In this document: piece after piece, positions 28,181 through 41,193 of the stretch
Numbering within the stretch: position 1 is the stretch's first letter
Layout of the letters: every line of letters starts with the position of its first letter
NCBI GenBank assembly: GCA_003971905.1
Contig: RSEE01000129.1
Location: forward strand, 62,001 to 126,000
DNA length: 64,000 bases
Reading direction: 5' to 3'
From: Moniliella sp. 'wahieum'
Taxonomy: Eukaryota
The notes under the pieces: model-generated
Told to the model about the DNA's origin: nothing
Databases searched by the model: none
What the model saw: the letters and a program-made list of their open reading frames with translations, nothing else
Translations under genes and position numbers: made by a program

Positions 28181-29089
28181 AGAGGGGCAATGGCGATGGA
28201 TGTTATCGGGCAGACAGGACGAGGCGCCCACAGATGGCCGGGTGGCGTGGCAGGCTGCGTGTCTATCGGCCGCCATCGATTAAATTAGATGGGCTTAGAG
28301 TCACATCGTGCATTCACCCATTCCCTCCTCCGTCGGATGAGATCATCGGCGACAAAATATAGTCCTGCCTAGTCATGAACAGCCTCGCTTACATAACTCT
28401 CGCGCCTGCTGTCCGGCTGCGCTAATCAGTGTACGCGCGCCCTGCCCTCCCCGCCTGGGTTACCAGGCCTTACTGCGTATAGGGTTAACTGGTAACCCTG
28501 GTTCACCACCTTCAACGTACACACCTTCACAATTGAATTCAATATTCACCGTGAATATTGTTCACCAGTGTTGCCAATCGCGTTGCCAATCGCATCATCC
28601 ATCAGCGCCAGCCCGCCCCCATGTCATGGCGTCAGCATCATCTGTCCCAGCCCCTCTTCCTTCGTGCTTGCGGGGCCGGTGTTCGTCAGCGCCCTATGCC
28701 CTAGTGGAGATCGACGCCTCTGATGGATGCGATCGATGATGATGCACCGCGCAGGATATAGTCCTTTTTTTTCGTGCGCCATCCTGGCATCTTGCCACAT
28801 TCCACCTCGCACCCCTGTTCTTTTTTGTACGCTACTATCAAAATACCCCTCCCCTCTGTTACATGTTATCCCGATCCTACCTACGCGTTGGAAATGTGGC
28901 GTAACATGGGCTGGCCGTGCGTGAAGTTGGTGACGCTTGGAGGTGAGAGGGTTGAAGTTGAACGTTGTCCTTCAACAGTGACTGAGGAGACGCAGCGGCA
29001 GGGGTCTGGAGGGGAAAAACAGCACTTGTAGCCTCTCGCGAACAGGAGGGACAGACAGATCGAGATTTTGGACGAAACAGGAGAAAAAG

Positions 29090-29183
29090 TGCTTCCAAGG
29101 GGAATCGAACCCCTGTCACATCGACGTCTCACAGGCACGGGGCCAGTCTGGCAACGAGTAGTATACCACTAACCCATGAAAGC
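29090..29183 (-). tRNA. tRNA-Gly(GCC) with about 24-nt intron
   Basis: Minus strand GCTTTCA...TGGAAGC-A acceptor stem, AGTGGT D-loop, TT-GCC-A followed by the intron, GGTTCGATTCC T-loop, then a TTTTT terminator. The anticodon stem appears to lack one base. Confidence 0.88.
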
Positions 29184-32100
29184 TTTACGACATGAAAAAA
29201 GATACAAACTCCCCATGACATTTCCTTCTTGCAAAAGTTGGCGTCGCTTCTAAGGGAGTTGCTTTCATGTACTTAGTACTTATCACCATTCATTCATGTC
29301 CTTCAATCCCAAAACACCAGCACATAGGCGCCAGAGAGAACAGATATAGTATGAGCGATAGCGGAGCATGTTGCGCAAGCAAAATACGAGCGCTCAAATC
29401 CCACAGCGGAGGGCACAATGCTCGGCATTCAATATGCGCGGCGAATCGCGCTGTGTTATCTTGACTGCGCCATCTACCCGTTTGGGGGGATTGCACTCAG
29501 AAACCGGGATGACCACATATATGTTGCAGGCTTGACGCGTTCCAAACCAAAGTAAAAAGCACGCTTTTCAGCGGCGGTCTGACGGCCAAAAGAGCGTGTG
29601 GCTACGGTTGCGGGAGACCAAGAACAAAAATCTATACCAGCCGAGACTACACACAGAACTCGAATAAGAACGCCTGAAGGAAAGACCAAGAAAAGTGATA
29701 AGACAATTCATGTGTACAAACAAAACTTAAGAGAGGGGTAGATGCCTACAATTGGCTCAAACTCCTGGGTGGAGTACTCTCCTCCAAGCAAAACTATACG
29801 CGGGGAGCAAAAGATGTTGCTCAAAAGATAGTGGCAACTTTACAGCAGAGGCTGAGCCATTGCTTACGAAGCTCCGAAGGGAAATCCGTCCTCTTGGTGA
29901 GATTCGTTGGATGACAGGTTTATTGAGCGAGCGCTGCCTTCTGTGGACGGACGTCCACTTGTTATATATACCTCGCTCTTCCACCTTTTCTCAAGTGCTC
30001 GTACCCTTACTGTAAGTTTTGGTACTTTTAAGGTTCGTCTCCGACCTTTAGTAAACAATCCTCACCACCTCATCTCTTTTCCGTCAAATTCATTACCAGT
30101 CTCGTATATCGGCAACCACTCGAGTCTTTCATCTCCCACCAATATTGCTTCTCTCTGCCGAATCTGCCTACTGCATCATCCACAGAACGACCTGGCATCC
30201 TTCACGAGAGCGAGACTCTGTTGATTTAATCATAAGGCTGAGGGGCCGAGGATAGACTAGACAATGCCTTTTGTGCTTTTGGCACAGTCTCCCTTACATG
30301 CTGCAACTTGGGAGATTAGCTCTCTAGCCGGAGGGCCAGAAGAACAAAACTAAAGCTTTCCCATGCCCTCACTGCACCCCCCCAAAGGGCATCCGTAATG
30401 CCCTGCAGTGAGCTTTCCTTCTCCTGGCTTCATTTTCAAGTCGTATAAGCGATGGGGTCCCCCCCCCCCCCCCTGTGACTAATTTCTTCAGTCCCGTTCC
30501 GTCAGCCCGACGATCCTACCGCCCTGCCCATGATCGTTGGCGGCCATCCGCTTTTTGATCCAGACGGAGCTGGAAACATATTGCCTCGTGCAGATGACGG
30601 TTCTTCTATTAGCCAAGAGCAAACCACATGGCGCGTGACGAAGGGCACTGTTGCGGCTGTGACATGCGCAGTAGCTTGCCCAAGCACGCTGATGTGTCGT
30701 TAAACATTGAAGAGACATGTGGCCAGTCCCTGGGATGCATGTGGCCCGAGCTGCCCGTGTCACAGTCGGGGCTAAGACGAGGGAGACCAGAATCGGGATT
30801 AGGCCAAGGGGTGTAGCAATCGTTCGTGCGGAAGAAATTGGAAATGGGAGCGAGATCAGCCAAACCATGACAGCCCGCGTCTTTCCTTTTCCTACCACTG
30901 TTCCGTGTGGTTGGCTTCACAGTTGTTTGCAGTCTCGGTCCCGTCGTTTGCTATGACGGATCCATGGCTGTGGCCCAAGGCATATCTAGGTGCCTGAGAG
31001 TCTATCAGCGTTGCTCAGTTCTCGTATCTCATTCGCCTGACTGGCCTGCCGGGCCGGGGATTGGTTTGGTCCTTCCCGCCATCCCCGGCACTGCGTCACC
31101 TTTCAGTACCGCTTATGGCGAAGACCTGCTTTTTGCCTTTCGCCACTCGCAAGTAAAGTTATCGCTTGACTTGTGCCGACCGACACATATATTCTGGTAG
31201 ATATAAATGGGAGGGTGGCGCACGGACTGGCTACCGGTTACCGAGTTATATAACCGGGTTACCCAGTTACCAGATACCTGTTACGCGTTATGCGTTACGA
31301 GAGGCGACAACTGTGAGCTTAACGTTACGAAGAGTGGGAGCCGCTGGCCCCTGCGAGGACCCTGGCCCAACGGCTGAAGTGTGGGTGCGGTGTGGCCTGG
31401 TGTGGAAAGTGTAGTGTAGCCCAGACCTGCATGCGCACAGCCAAAAAAACTGATTGCATAGCCTCTAACTCGTTCGTTTTTCGCCGTTGCCGGCCTCGCG
31501 CGGCGGCAAGGCCGGCCACAGGCGCCAAGCCCCAAGCCTTGGAGGCAGGATGGATGGGATGGGGTGCGATGGATCGGCGGGGCGGGGCGGGGCTGGGCAG
31601 CTGGCTGGTGGTGGCGGGCTGGGTACGTTGGCGGTGGGCCTCGGCGGGGCAGCGAGTTGAGTACGTGGGTGAGTATGTTGCGTACGTGGGTTGCGTGGGT
31701 GCGGGAGGACGGAGTAGCCCGTAGTACATAGTTGGGAAGCACAGGGCGGCCGCCGTCTGGGCACTGCCACGCACTGCCCGCCACTGCCTGCCACTGCCTG
31801 GGGCGGCCAGACAGGCGCGCGCAGCCACCTGGGCGGCCACTGCGGCCCAGCGCCCACCCTTGCTGCCGCACAGGGGAACACCCTGGCCATTACATCAGCA
31901 GCGCGGCGGCTCCCGTGCCGGCGGGCTTAGCGCGGCTCCCGCAGCCCACCACCGCGCGCACAGGGCCAGTGTTTTTGCTAGGGTTGCACCACACGCCGCC
32001 GTTGGGTCGGCGGGCGTGTTGTGTTGGCGCAGCAGCCCTTCGTCTGCGGCGGCGGCTTCTTTGCGTGCTACCACCACCCATCTCTGCCTGCTCAGCTCGT

Positions 32101-32480
32101 CCGTCCTGCTGCTCCCGCCTGCCACGCCTGGCGTTTCCATGCTCTGCTGTTGACACCCGCGCCCCCCCTTACGACCACCACCACGACCTGGTACGTCTCC
32201 GCCCCCCCTCCTGCCCCGGCTGACCCCCCTCCCCCTCCCCGTGGCCAGCTACGACAGGGTGCACATGCTGCCCCAGTTCTAGCCAACGACCCTCTGTTAC
32301 GACCCAGTCCACGACCCCCTCCGACACTTTACGACCCCCCCCTCCCCCCCCCCTAACCTCCGCCTTCTCCCCCACCCAACACCCCCACTTCCCCCATCCA
32401 CATCCCCATCCACAACCCTAACCGACCCCCCCATCTACCTCTCCCCCTCCTCTTTACGACCTGACGACCCCACGATCAGA

Positions 32481-33636
32481 ATGCCTCTCTCCTCTGCCTT
32501 CCCCACCGACCACCTCGACGCCTCCCTGCCTCTGTGGGGCGACTCATGGCTTCTCCCTTCCACCCCGGGCCTCAGCCCTTCCTCCCTCTCCCCCTCGACG
32601 GATGCGACCGACTGGCTCGTCTCGCCTCCGTCCCTCCTGCCCTGCGCTTCAGACACCACCTTTGCCTCGGACAACACCTTTGCCTCCGACACCACCTTTG
32701 TCTCCGATCAGACCGACTTCCACGTCGACGTTGCCGCCAAGGCCAAGGCCAAGGTTTCGGCCCCGGCTGACGAGCAGGCCTCCCTGCTTGTCGCCGCGCC
32801 GCTCACTCACGCTCCTTTTTCTGCGCTCTGGCCCCCCTCTACAACTGTGTGTCCGACACGATTCCCTCTCTCCTGCCCCGGGCCCCGCTCCCGGCGCTGC
32901 CGTTGCCCCGACACCCACGCCGTCCTTGGAAGGCGACCTAGCCTGGCCAACGATGGACGCTGCGTGTCTTCTTTCCGATACTTCGATGCCGCCCACGGTG
33001 TCGACTTTGTCGCCGCTCTCGTCGTCGCTTTCAACTTGGACCTCTACTCTTCCCTCTGGTCCGGCGGCTACGCCCACGGAGCCTACGACCTCCTCCCCGC
33101 TCACTTGGCCATTGTCGATGCCTGCGTATTGGTTTGGCCCCGGCGGCTTTCCGCTTGCCACTCCGGCTGCGCTGGCCGCTGCGCCGGGCCTACCTCTTTC
33201 GCCTTCGGCTGCTGGGCTCGAACCGGAGGCACTGGCTTCTAACGTTTTTGGCATGTCCAGCTTCCACCCGACTGCTAGCCCTTGCGGCGATGGCGCGATG
33301 GAACGGCTGGGTGCGCCAGTGGAACTTCGTGCGGCCGTTTCGGGGGCCAAGGTGCGCAAGCCGCAGAGCCGCAAGCAGCGCAACCCACAGCGCAAGGTGA
33401 CGCCGTGTTCTGCGTATGTGGGGCACAATGGACGTGCGTACGTGTGTTTGGTGGCGGAATGCGAAAAGACATTTAAGCGGTCGGAACATGTCAAGCGGCA
33501 TGTGCGTGCGGTGCACATGAAGGAACGACCGTACCCGTGCTTGCACCCCAGTTGCGGCCGCTTGTTCAGTCGCCACGACAATCTCAAGCAGCACACACGT
33601 ACCCACACCAAGCCCCGTCCGCATTCCCACGGATGA
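32481..33636 (+). CDS. C2H2 zinc-finger transcription factor, Msn2/Msn4/Seb1-like
   Basis: Two C-terminal fingers CLVAECEKTFKRSEHVKRHVRAVH and CLHPSCGRLFSRHDNLKQHTRTH; S/P/T-rich N-terminus; at least one frameshift. Confidence 0.85.
32649..32708 (+). repeat. Three 18-bp tandem coding repeats (SDTTFA SDNTFA SDTTFV)
   Basis: gacaccacctttgcctcg / gacaacacctttgcctcc / gacaccacctttgtctcc. Confidence 0.85.
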
Positions 33637-34909
33637 ACTCAAACTCACTGGTTCGAACCAACGTTCTGTTCTGCCTCCCCTCCCTCTAAGCCTGCGCTGC
33701 CCCCGCCTTGATTTTTTCGGCCCCCATGCTCTTGCATCCTATGCGGAGGAACGGACCTCCTTCCCCCTTCCCTTCCCCATTTTTCTTTTCTTTTTTCTTT
33801 TTTCTCTTCTTCTTTCACACTGCCTCCTTTGTGTCTTTTTTCTTTTGGCGCCCCGTTTCGTCAACAGTCTCGATGACTGCTTTGCCCGGCCCTGCTCTTC
33901 TCTCCTCTCCTCTAAACTACATTACACTACTCTACTCTGCTCTCCTATCCACTGCCCTACACGGTCTGTACCGTCGCTAGCTGTGCCCCGTTTCTTTCGC
34001 CTCCTTGCCTCTTTGCCTCCTTACTTCCTTATCTTCTTCTCCCTCCCATGCTTCTCCACCCTGTCCCCCCCCCCCCCTCTCTGGCCTGCTAGCCCTACCA
34101 CTGGGCCCTTACACTCCTTTGCCGTGCCCCCGTGCCCCTGCCCGACTTGAATCTACCTCGCCGTGTGCCCCGTCTGTCCTACTCTACTCCTCTACTCTAC
34201 TCCCCCCCTTAGGATTGGTTCTTGTTCTCTTCTTAGGACTCGTCTTTCGCCTGGCCTTTCACGTCAAACCGTGTTGGCCAACCCCCCCTGTCGCCACCTT
34301 CCCCAGCCTTTCTCTTCCTTGGCACCCGTTGCACGTATATGGCTGTGGCTTTTTTTGTTGCGGCAGCTGTTGGATGGATCATCGATCATGCGTCATGGGG
34401 CAGCTGCGGAAAATGGTGTACGGTGGGAAGCAGGTTCATGCTCGGCTTGGCGGACAAACGTCACGGTCACGGTCACGTCGGTACGGAGCTATGGACGTGC
34501 GATGGGGGGGCGGGCGTCGAAAGGACTAAACATTTTACACTACCCCCCCCGCTCCACCTTGAAGCTTGACCCCTGACCGCCTGACCGGTAACCAGCAAGA
34601 GTAAGGGGACGGACGATTCGATCAACAATCCGTAATCCGTAATCCCACCGCGCCAAAATCCAAAATCCACAAATCAGACAAAGTAATCGATTGCCATCCT
34701 GCCCAACCCAAACCCATGGGGCCCACAGGGAGGGACAAGGGAACGCAGTGGGGACGTAGGTTAAGGTACGAGGTAAAGTGGTGTATATACGTAGTAACGA
34801 GGTAATGTAAAGTGGTGTATATAAGCGTGGGGAGTGGGCATCGGCTGTCCCTAGGCCGTCTTCTTCTTCTTCTTGCCAACGTGCAATGCTGGAGCTTGGG
34901 ATCGCGTCG

Positions 34910-34954
34910 CGATCGGATCGGATCGGATCGGATCAGATCGGATTGGATCGGATG
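34910..34954. repeat. (GATCG)n pentamer microsatellite
   Basis: gatcggatcggatcggatcggatcagatcggattggatcggat. Confidence 0.85.
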
Positions 34955-36793
34955 GCACCGGACCAGATTGGGGTACTTGGCTTGGCTCGGTTTTCCTTCG
35001 TCTTGTTTCGCTTCACTTCAGAGAAGCGTGGACCGTGGACCGTGGACCGCACGGGAAAGGTAGGGGCATTGGCATCCGCTTGCTTGGCTTGGCTTGGCTT
35101 GGTTTCGCTCTGCCTTCCTCCCCCCTCGGAAGAGATGGACGACCCAAGTACCCCCCACGACAAACGGAATGGAACAGAGAGCAGGAACAGGGAGACAAAG
35201 CAAGGGAGGGAACAGGAAAAAAAGGCTAGGAGTGGGAGAGGGGAGGTCCCTGGCATGGCATTCGGCACCACAGCCTACCTCCCTGCCCACCGCCATGCGC
35301 CATGCCACACCACGCCTCCCCGGTGCCTACGGGAGACGAAGGAGGTGCGCCACACTTGGGAGGGGAGGGGTAAAGAGGGTAGGACGCGGCGAGAGAGAGA
35401 AAGGGGCGAACGAGGGAAGGGGGGGGGCTAGCCTGCGTTGGTAGGGCGGGAGCAGGCCGGCGGGGGCGAGGGCAAGACGTGTTTGGTGGAGGCAGTGGTG
35501 GAGGGCAAGTCTTCGGGCGCACAGGTGTGGTGGGCACAGCGAGGACAGAGCAGCGCAAGGCTCGTGCCCACCACGCGGTTGCAGGGCACGCACCAGCGGA
35601 AGAAGGTCTCCTCGCCGAGTGGCGTCGACATGGGTGGTGGCGGTGGGCAGGAGGGGGAGGAAGTGGCGGGGCGGGCGGAGGAAGGAGTGCGTGTGGGGTG
35701 GGCCGGGGGGGCAAGGCAGACAGGCCAGACGCCGGCGGGCGCTGTCGTGGGCTCGTCGGGGCAGGACGGGAGCGGGGCGGAAGGAGACGGGACGCCCGTG
35801 GGGAAGCGGGGGCACGGGCGCAGTGTGCGGGATGGCGGCGATAAGATGGGGTTAGGACGCTGGGCAGCCAGAAGCCAGACGGCCGACAGGCCACGTGTGC
35901 TGAACGAGCAACCAGGAGCAGCCCGCAGCGCACGCCCCCGAGCCTGCCCGAGCGCTGCGGGCCCGCCGGGGCCGGCCGGGAGACGCCACGAGCTGAGCGC
36001 GGCGGCGCTGGCGAGAGCATTTTGGTGCTGCAATGTTGCAAGGGGCCCCGTTGCTTTGTCCGAGGCAAGAGTGCGGATCTCGGAGCCAAGATGCAAATCT
36101 GATGCCGCCGCTCGCCGAGCTTGAAAGTATCAGCGCGGGCGCTGACTGCAATGCACCGATTGGGGCTGGGATGCCGCGGGTGGACTGGCGGGAGTTGGCC
36201 CGTGGGATGCATGGGATGGCGCAGCTGGCGAGGACAGCACGCCCAGGGAGCCACGCTGATGCTATGCATGCCCCCCCCCCGCCTCCTACCCCAGCCCAGC
36301 CCCACAGGCCACAGGCCACCGGCACGCAGCCCCACCCACACGCCCCTGCCTCCGCCCCACCCACCACCACCACCATCTCCCGCACCCTCTCTCCCGCCAC
36401 CGCCATCGCCATCCCCCCCCATCCCTAGTACCCGTTGCGCTTCTGGCTGTGTCCGCCGCCGCATATCACACCACACCACATCACACCCACGCCTCCCTCC
36501 CCGCCTTGTCCGTCTTGTCCGCCATGCCCGCCATGCCCGCCATGCCCCCTTGTCCGGGCAGCCTGGCGGGGCCTGGCTGCGGCGCCACGCGGGCGGACGA
36601 TGCGACGGCCGATCTCAGATGCGCCGCCCAGCCGCACGCGCAGCCGCCAAGCCAGCGCGCTGGCCGTCTTCCTGCTAGGGTTGCCTGCCCCGCCACGTGG
36701 CCGCCTCTCTCACGCAGGCCTTCCCAGCTGGGCATTCACACTCCCTGCCAGCACCCTCCCGCGCCCCCCCCCCCACCGTCTCTTAGATCCCCC

Positions 36794-39700
36794 ATGCTGC
36801 CCCCCACCTCCGACGACCTTGCCTCGCTCTTCGAGGCGCAGGCCGCCCGCACCCCCTCCCTCCCTGCCCTCGAGGACCAGGACACAGACACGCCCCTCAC
36901 CTATGCCCAGCTCGAGCAAGAGACCCGCCTGTGGGCCCAAGAGCTGCGCGCCAAGCACGTCGGCACCGACGACCTAGTGGGCATCCTCATGCCCGCTGCG
37001 CCACCTACGTCGTCGCCGCCCTCGCTGCCCTCCGCGCGGGTGGGGCCTTCTTGGTACTCGAGATGGCGTACCCTGACAACCTGCTCCACAACGTCCTCGC
37101 TGATGCCCAGCCCAAGGTTGTCCTCACTCTCGCTTCCCAGCGCTCCCGCCTGCCTGCCTCCATCCCTACCATCGAGATGGACACCACGCGTCCCACCGCC
37201 TCTGTCGAGGCAGAGCCGGTGCCGCTGCCCCCTCGCTCGCCCGATCAATTGGCCTTTGTCTCGTACTCCTCGGGTACCACGGGCCAGCCCAAGGGGATTG
37301 CCAACCCCCACAAAGCGGCCACCGGGTCCTATGCACTGCGCTTTGCTCTCTCCGACCTGCACCCGGGCGATCGGGTCGCATGCAACGTCTTTCTCATCTG
37401 GGAAATGCTCCGTCCTCTTTGCGCGGCGCGACGACCGTCGTCGTGCCTGACCTGCACTCGTACGACCCTGAGGGCCTCCTCACCTTTCTTCAAACCCGCA
37501 AGATCACCGAAACACTCATGACGCCCACCTTGCTCGCAACCTTGCTCGCCCGGCATGACGATGTGCTGGCCTTGCCAGACTTGCGCACTCTCTGGCTCAA
37601 CGGCGAGGTCGTGCCGCTGGACTTGGCCCGCCGCGCGTCCCGCGCCCTTCCCCATGTTCGCCTACTCAACCTCTACTCGATTTCCGAGACCCATGAGGTG
37701 GCTGCGGGTGACATTGGTGTTCTTCTCACATTGCCAGAGATTCAGGGGCGCAGTGTGTGTCCCGTGGGACCGTTGCTGGACCCGGAGCATGCGCTGCTCC
37801 TGCAGCCCGACAGTTTGGTCCGCGTGCCCCCGGGCGAAGCGGGGGAACTGTGCGTGACAGGCCCGCTTTTGGCCCGCGGGTACCTCAACCTTCCGCTTCA
37901 GACCGAACGCGCCTTTGTGCCTTCCCCGCAGGGGAATGGGGAACGCATGTACCGTACCGGCGACTTGGCGCGTCTGTTGCCTTCGGGCGCTCTCGAAATC
38001 ACAGGCCGGATGGGCGGGATGATCAAACGCGCGGGTACACGGTACACCCCTCGGCGGTGCAGGCGGCGGTAGTCAAGTACCTTGCTGTTCAGGCATGTGC
38101 AGTGGTGGGGCATGGCGAAGGGTTGGAGAAGCGCTTGGTGGCCTACATTGTTCCCGATCCGTCGCGCGAGGAAAAAGTGGTGATTGAGCCGTCGGGCCAC
38201 AGCCCCAGCGCCAACAAGCTGCTCCAGCCTCACTTGGCACAGTACATGATCCCTACGCTGTGGGTTCAGGTCCCTTCCTTGCCCACCCACGGCGTTAGCG
38301 GTAAGATTGATCTTTCCTCCCTCCCTTCGCCACCTGTCACCCGGCCCTCCACTCGGCCCTCTACGCGCCCCACCTCCCCCCGCGGCGGCACAGCGCTGGG
38401 CGCCCAGCCGGTTAAGGAAAGCACCTTGGTGGAACTGTGGTCGATCTTGCTAGGCGTCCCGGCTAGCACCGTCTTGGCTGGCCACTCGTTCTTCGAACTA
38501 GGCGGACACTCGCTCTTGTTGGCCGATTTGGCAGGGAGACTGAGCAAGCAATTTGGGTTCACTGTCCCCTGGGTGCGTTGGCCGCAGACCCATCCTTGAC
38601 GGGCCACCTGACTGCCATCACCGCCGCGCGCGACGGGCACCTTGCCGAGTTGCAGGCCGACCTGCCTAAGATTATGCAAGCCGACGCTGTCTTGGCCCCG
38701 GATGTGCGTCGCTTGTCGGAAAAGCCGTCGGGCACCCATATTCTCCTCACGGGCTCGACGGGTACCTGGGAGCGTTTTTGTTGCACGCCCTTGCCGCCCA
38801 TACTGCTGCCGACGTGAAGATCATCTGCCTCATCCGGTTCCCGTACCCTACCGAGAACTGCACTCCGGCTGGCTTGGCCCGCATCCGAGCCAACCTGAAC
38901 GACCTGGGTCTGTGGTCGGACGCGTTGCTGGACAAGATTGAAGTGGTGCCGGGCAACTTGCCTCAGGCCCAATTCGGGCTTTCGGACGAAGCGTTTGTTG
39001 CGCTGGCCAAACGGGTGGGCACGGTGGTGCATGCGGCGGCAGCGGTCAACTTGGTGTACCCGTATGCTGCCTTGCGCGCGCCCAACGTGGGTGGTACACG
39101 GGAAATTCTGCGTCTGTGCAGTATTGGTGGCGCGGCACTGCACCACATCTCGACCAATGGTGCTCTCACCCTGGGCCAGTGGAGCGAAACCTCCCACTTG
39201 ACCCTGGAGCAAGCGCTGGCCATTCCGGATGGGTATGGGCAGAGCAAATGGGTAGCGGAACAGTTGGTTCGGCAAGCGCAAGCGCGTGGCTTGCCCGCCT
39301 ACATTTACCGTCCAGGGACCTTGTCGGGCAGTTGCGACACGGGGGCCAGCAACCCGTACGATATGCTGGATGCTGTGCTGGTGGAAGCATTGAGGATGGG
39401 CGTTGCGCCCACCTTGCCCGACTGGCGGATCGAATTGACCCCGGTCAACTATGTAGCTGAGGCAGTTGCGACACTAGCCACGACCGAGGTGAGCGAGCGC
39501 TTGCCCGTCTACCATCTCGCCAACCCGGCACCTCCCTTCCGACGAATGTTTACTACGCTCGCGCACTTGGGCTACCCTACCACCCGCCTCGCCTTTGACG
39601 ACTGGCGTACCGCCTGGTTCGCCACCTTGCCTCCGCCCGAAGAAGGCGATCCTAATCACCAAGTGCCTTTCCCAGCCTCGATCTTGCGCAGCGGCTTCCC

Positions 39701-40672
39701 TTCGCCCGAAGCGTTGGCCCACCAACCCATCTTGCACGACGAAGCAACGCAGCGGGTCCTGGTACCGTTGCTAGGACCTCGGCCTGCGCTGGATGCCGCG
39801 CTGTGGCGGACGTATGCGCGTCACTTTTATGCGCGGGGCTGGTTGCCACATGGTCCGGCGCCGCTCAGTGAGGCAGAAGCGCGCCTGGCAGCCCAAGCGG
39901 CTGCGAAGAGCGCTCGTGCTCGCCGTGGTCGGTTGGCGGGCAAGGTCGCTGTGATTACCGGTGCTTCGTCAGGGATTGGCGCGGCGGTGGCAGAGGCCTT
40001 GGTGGCGGAAGGCGCGCGGGTGTCGTTGGCGGCCCGTCGGGCCGCCACGCTCAGTGCGTTGAAGCAAGAGTTGCAAACGCGCCATGCGGGCGCAGAGGTG
40101 CACGTTGTCCCGACCGATGTCACGTCGCAAAAGGCGGTGGAGGCGTTGGTGCAGTCGACGGAGCAGGAGCTTGGGCCGGTGGACATCTTGGTATCGTGTG
40201 CGGGCGTGATGTACTTTACCATGATGGCCAATGTGCAGATGGAGCAGTGGGAGCAAACGGTCGATGTCAACTGCAAGGGGTTACTATCTGTCTGGGAGCC
40301 TGTCTACCTGGCATGCTCCAACGTCACCGGGGCCATGTGGTTGCCATCTCGTCCGATGCAGGTCGCAAGACGTTTGCCGGTCTCGGCGTCTACTCAGCAA
40401 GCAAGTTCTTTGTCGAATCCACACTGCAGGCACTCCGGCTCGAGACGGCCAACTCGGGATTACGCGTCACCTCCATCCAGCCTGGCAATGTCGCGACCGA
40501 CTTGCTGGGCATGTCGACGGACCAGCAAGCGCTCGAAGCGTACGGTACGCCCTCGGGAGCCAAGGTGCTCGATGCGAGCGATGTGGCCCAGGCCATCGTC
40601 TATGCCCTGGTCCAGCCCGAACATGTGGCCGTGAATGAGGTGCTGGTCGAGCCGCGGGAGGAACCGATCTAA
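36794..40672 (+). CDS. NRPS-like A-T-R-SDR enzyme (ATRR/NPS10 type, putative glycine betaine reductase)
   Basis: A domain: YSSGTTGQPKG, NLYSISE, GELCVTGPLLARGY, MYRTGD, SGKID. T domain: FFELGGHSL. R domain: ILLTGSTG, GYGQSKWVAE. Second SDR domain: TGASSGIG, YSASK, ending VNEVLVEPREEPI. Confidence 0.92.
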
Positions 40673-41193
40673 GTCGGTCGAGAGGGCGAAGGCCGGGGGG
40701 GGACAAGACGCAAGCCGATGGGATGGCGAGCCAGTTCCTTGAATTGTTATTATGTGCCTATCATATGCTAGTCAACTCAATAGTCCACTTGATTCCCGAG
40801 ATAGAAACAAGAACAAGCCAATAAAATGACGGGGGGGGGGGGGGAGCGCCTCCTGTCTAGCCTACTGCCCTGCCACGCAGAGACAAACAGTGGTCGCAAG
40901 TCCCCTGAACGAAGCGGAGCGTGGAGCCCCCATCTCCCTGAAATGTGAATCGGAAAGGGCAATTGCACCGGCAGATCTTCGTCCGGCCGGGCACGGGGCG
41001 TGGGACGTCGGGGGGGAAGGGAGCATAGTGGGAAGGAGGAGGAATAGACTGGGTTCTGCTCGCCGATGAGAGTGGGGGATGGGTGGAGGAGTGTGGGCCA
41101 CGAAACCTACTGGTTCGCTTCAAGAGCAAGTGGCCGGCGTAGCGTATGGTTTTGGTACGCACGATACGGCGCCTCAGGCCTCACTGGCTCACC

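Noticed and set aside
32413..32423. CAACCCTAACC resembling a telomerase RNA template or telomeric seed
   Set aside because: A single short match in C/A-rich sequence inside a probable intron, with no supporting structure.
34886..36700. Long overlapping ORFs on both strands
   Set aside because: GC-rich low-complexity DNA with few stop codons and no domain signal; probably promoter/UTR or shadow ORFs.
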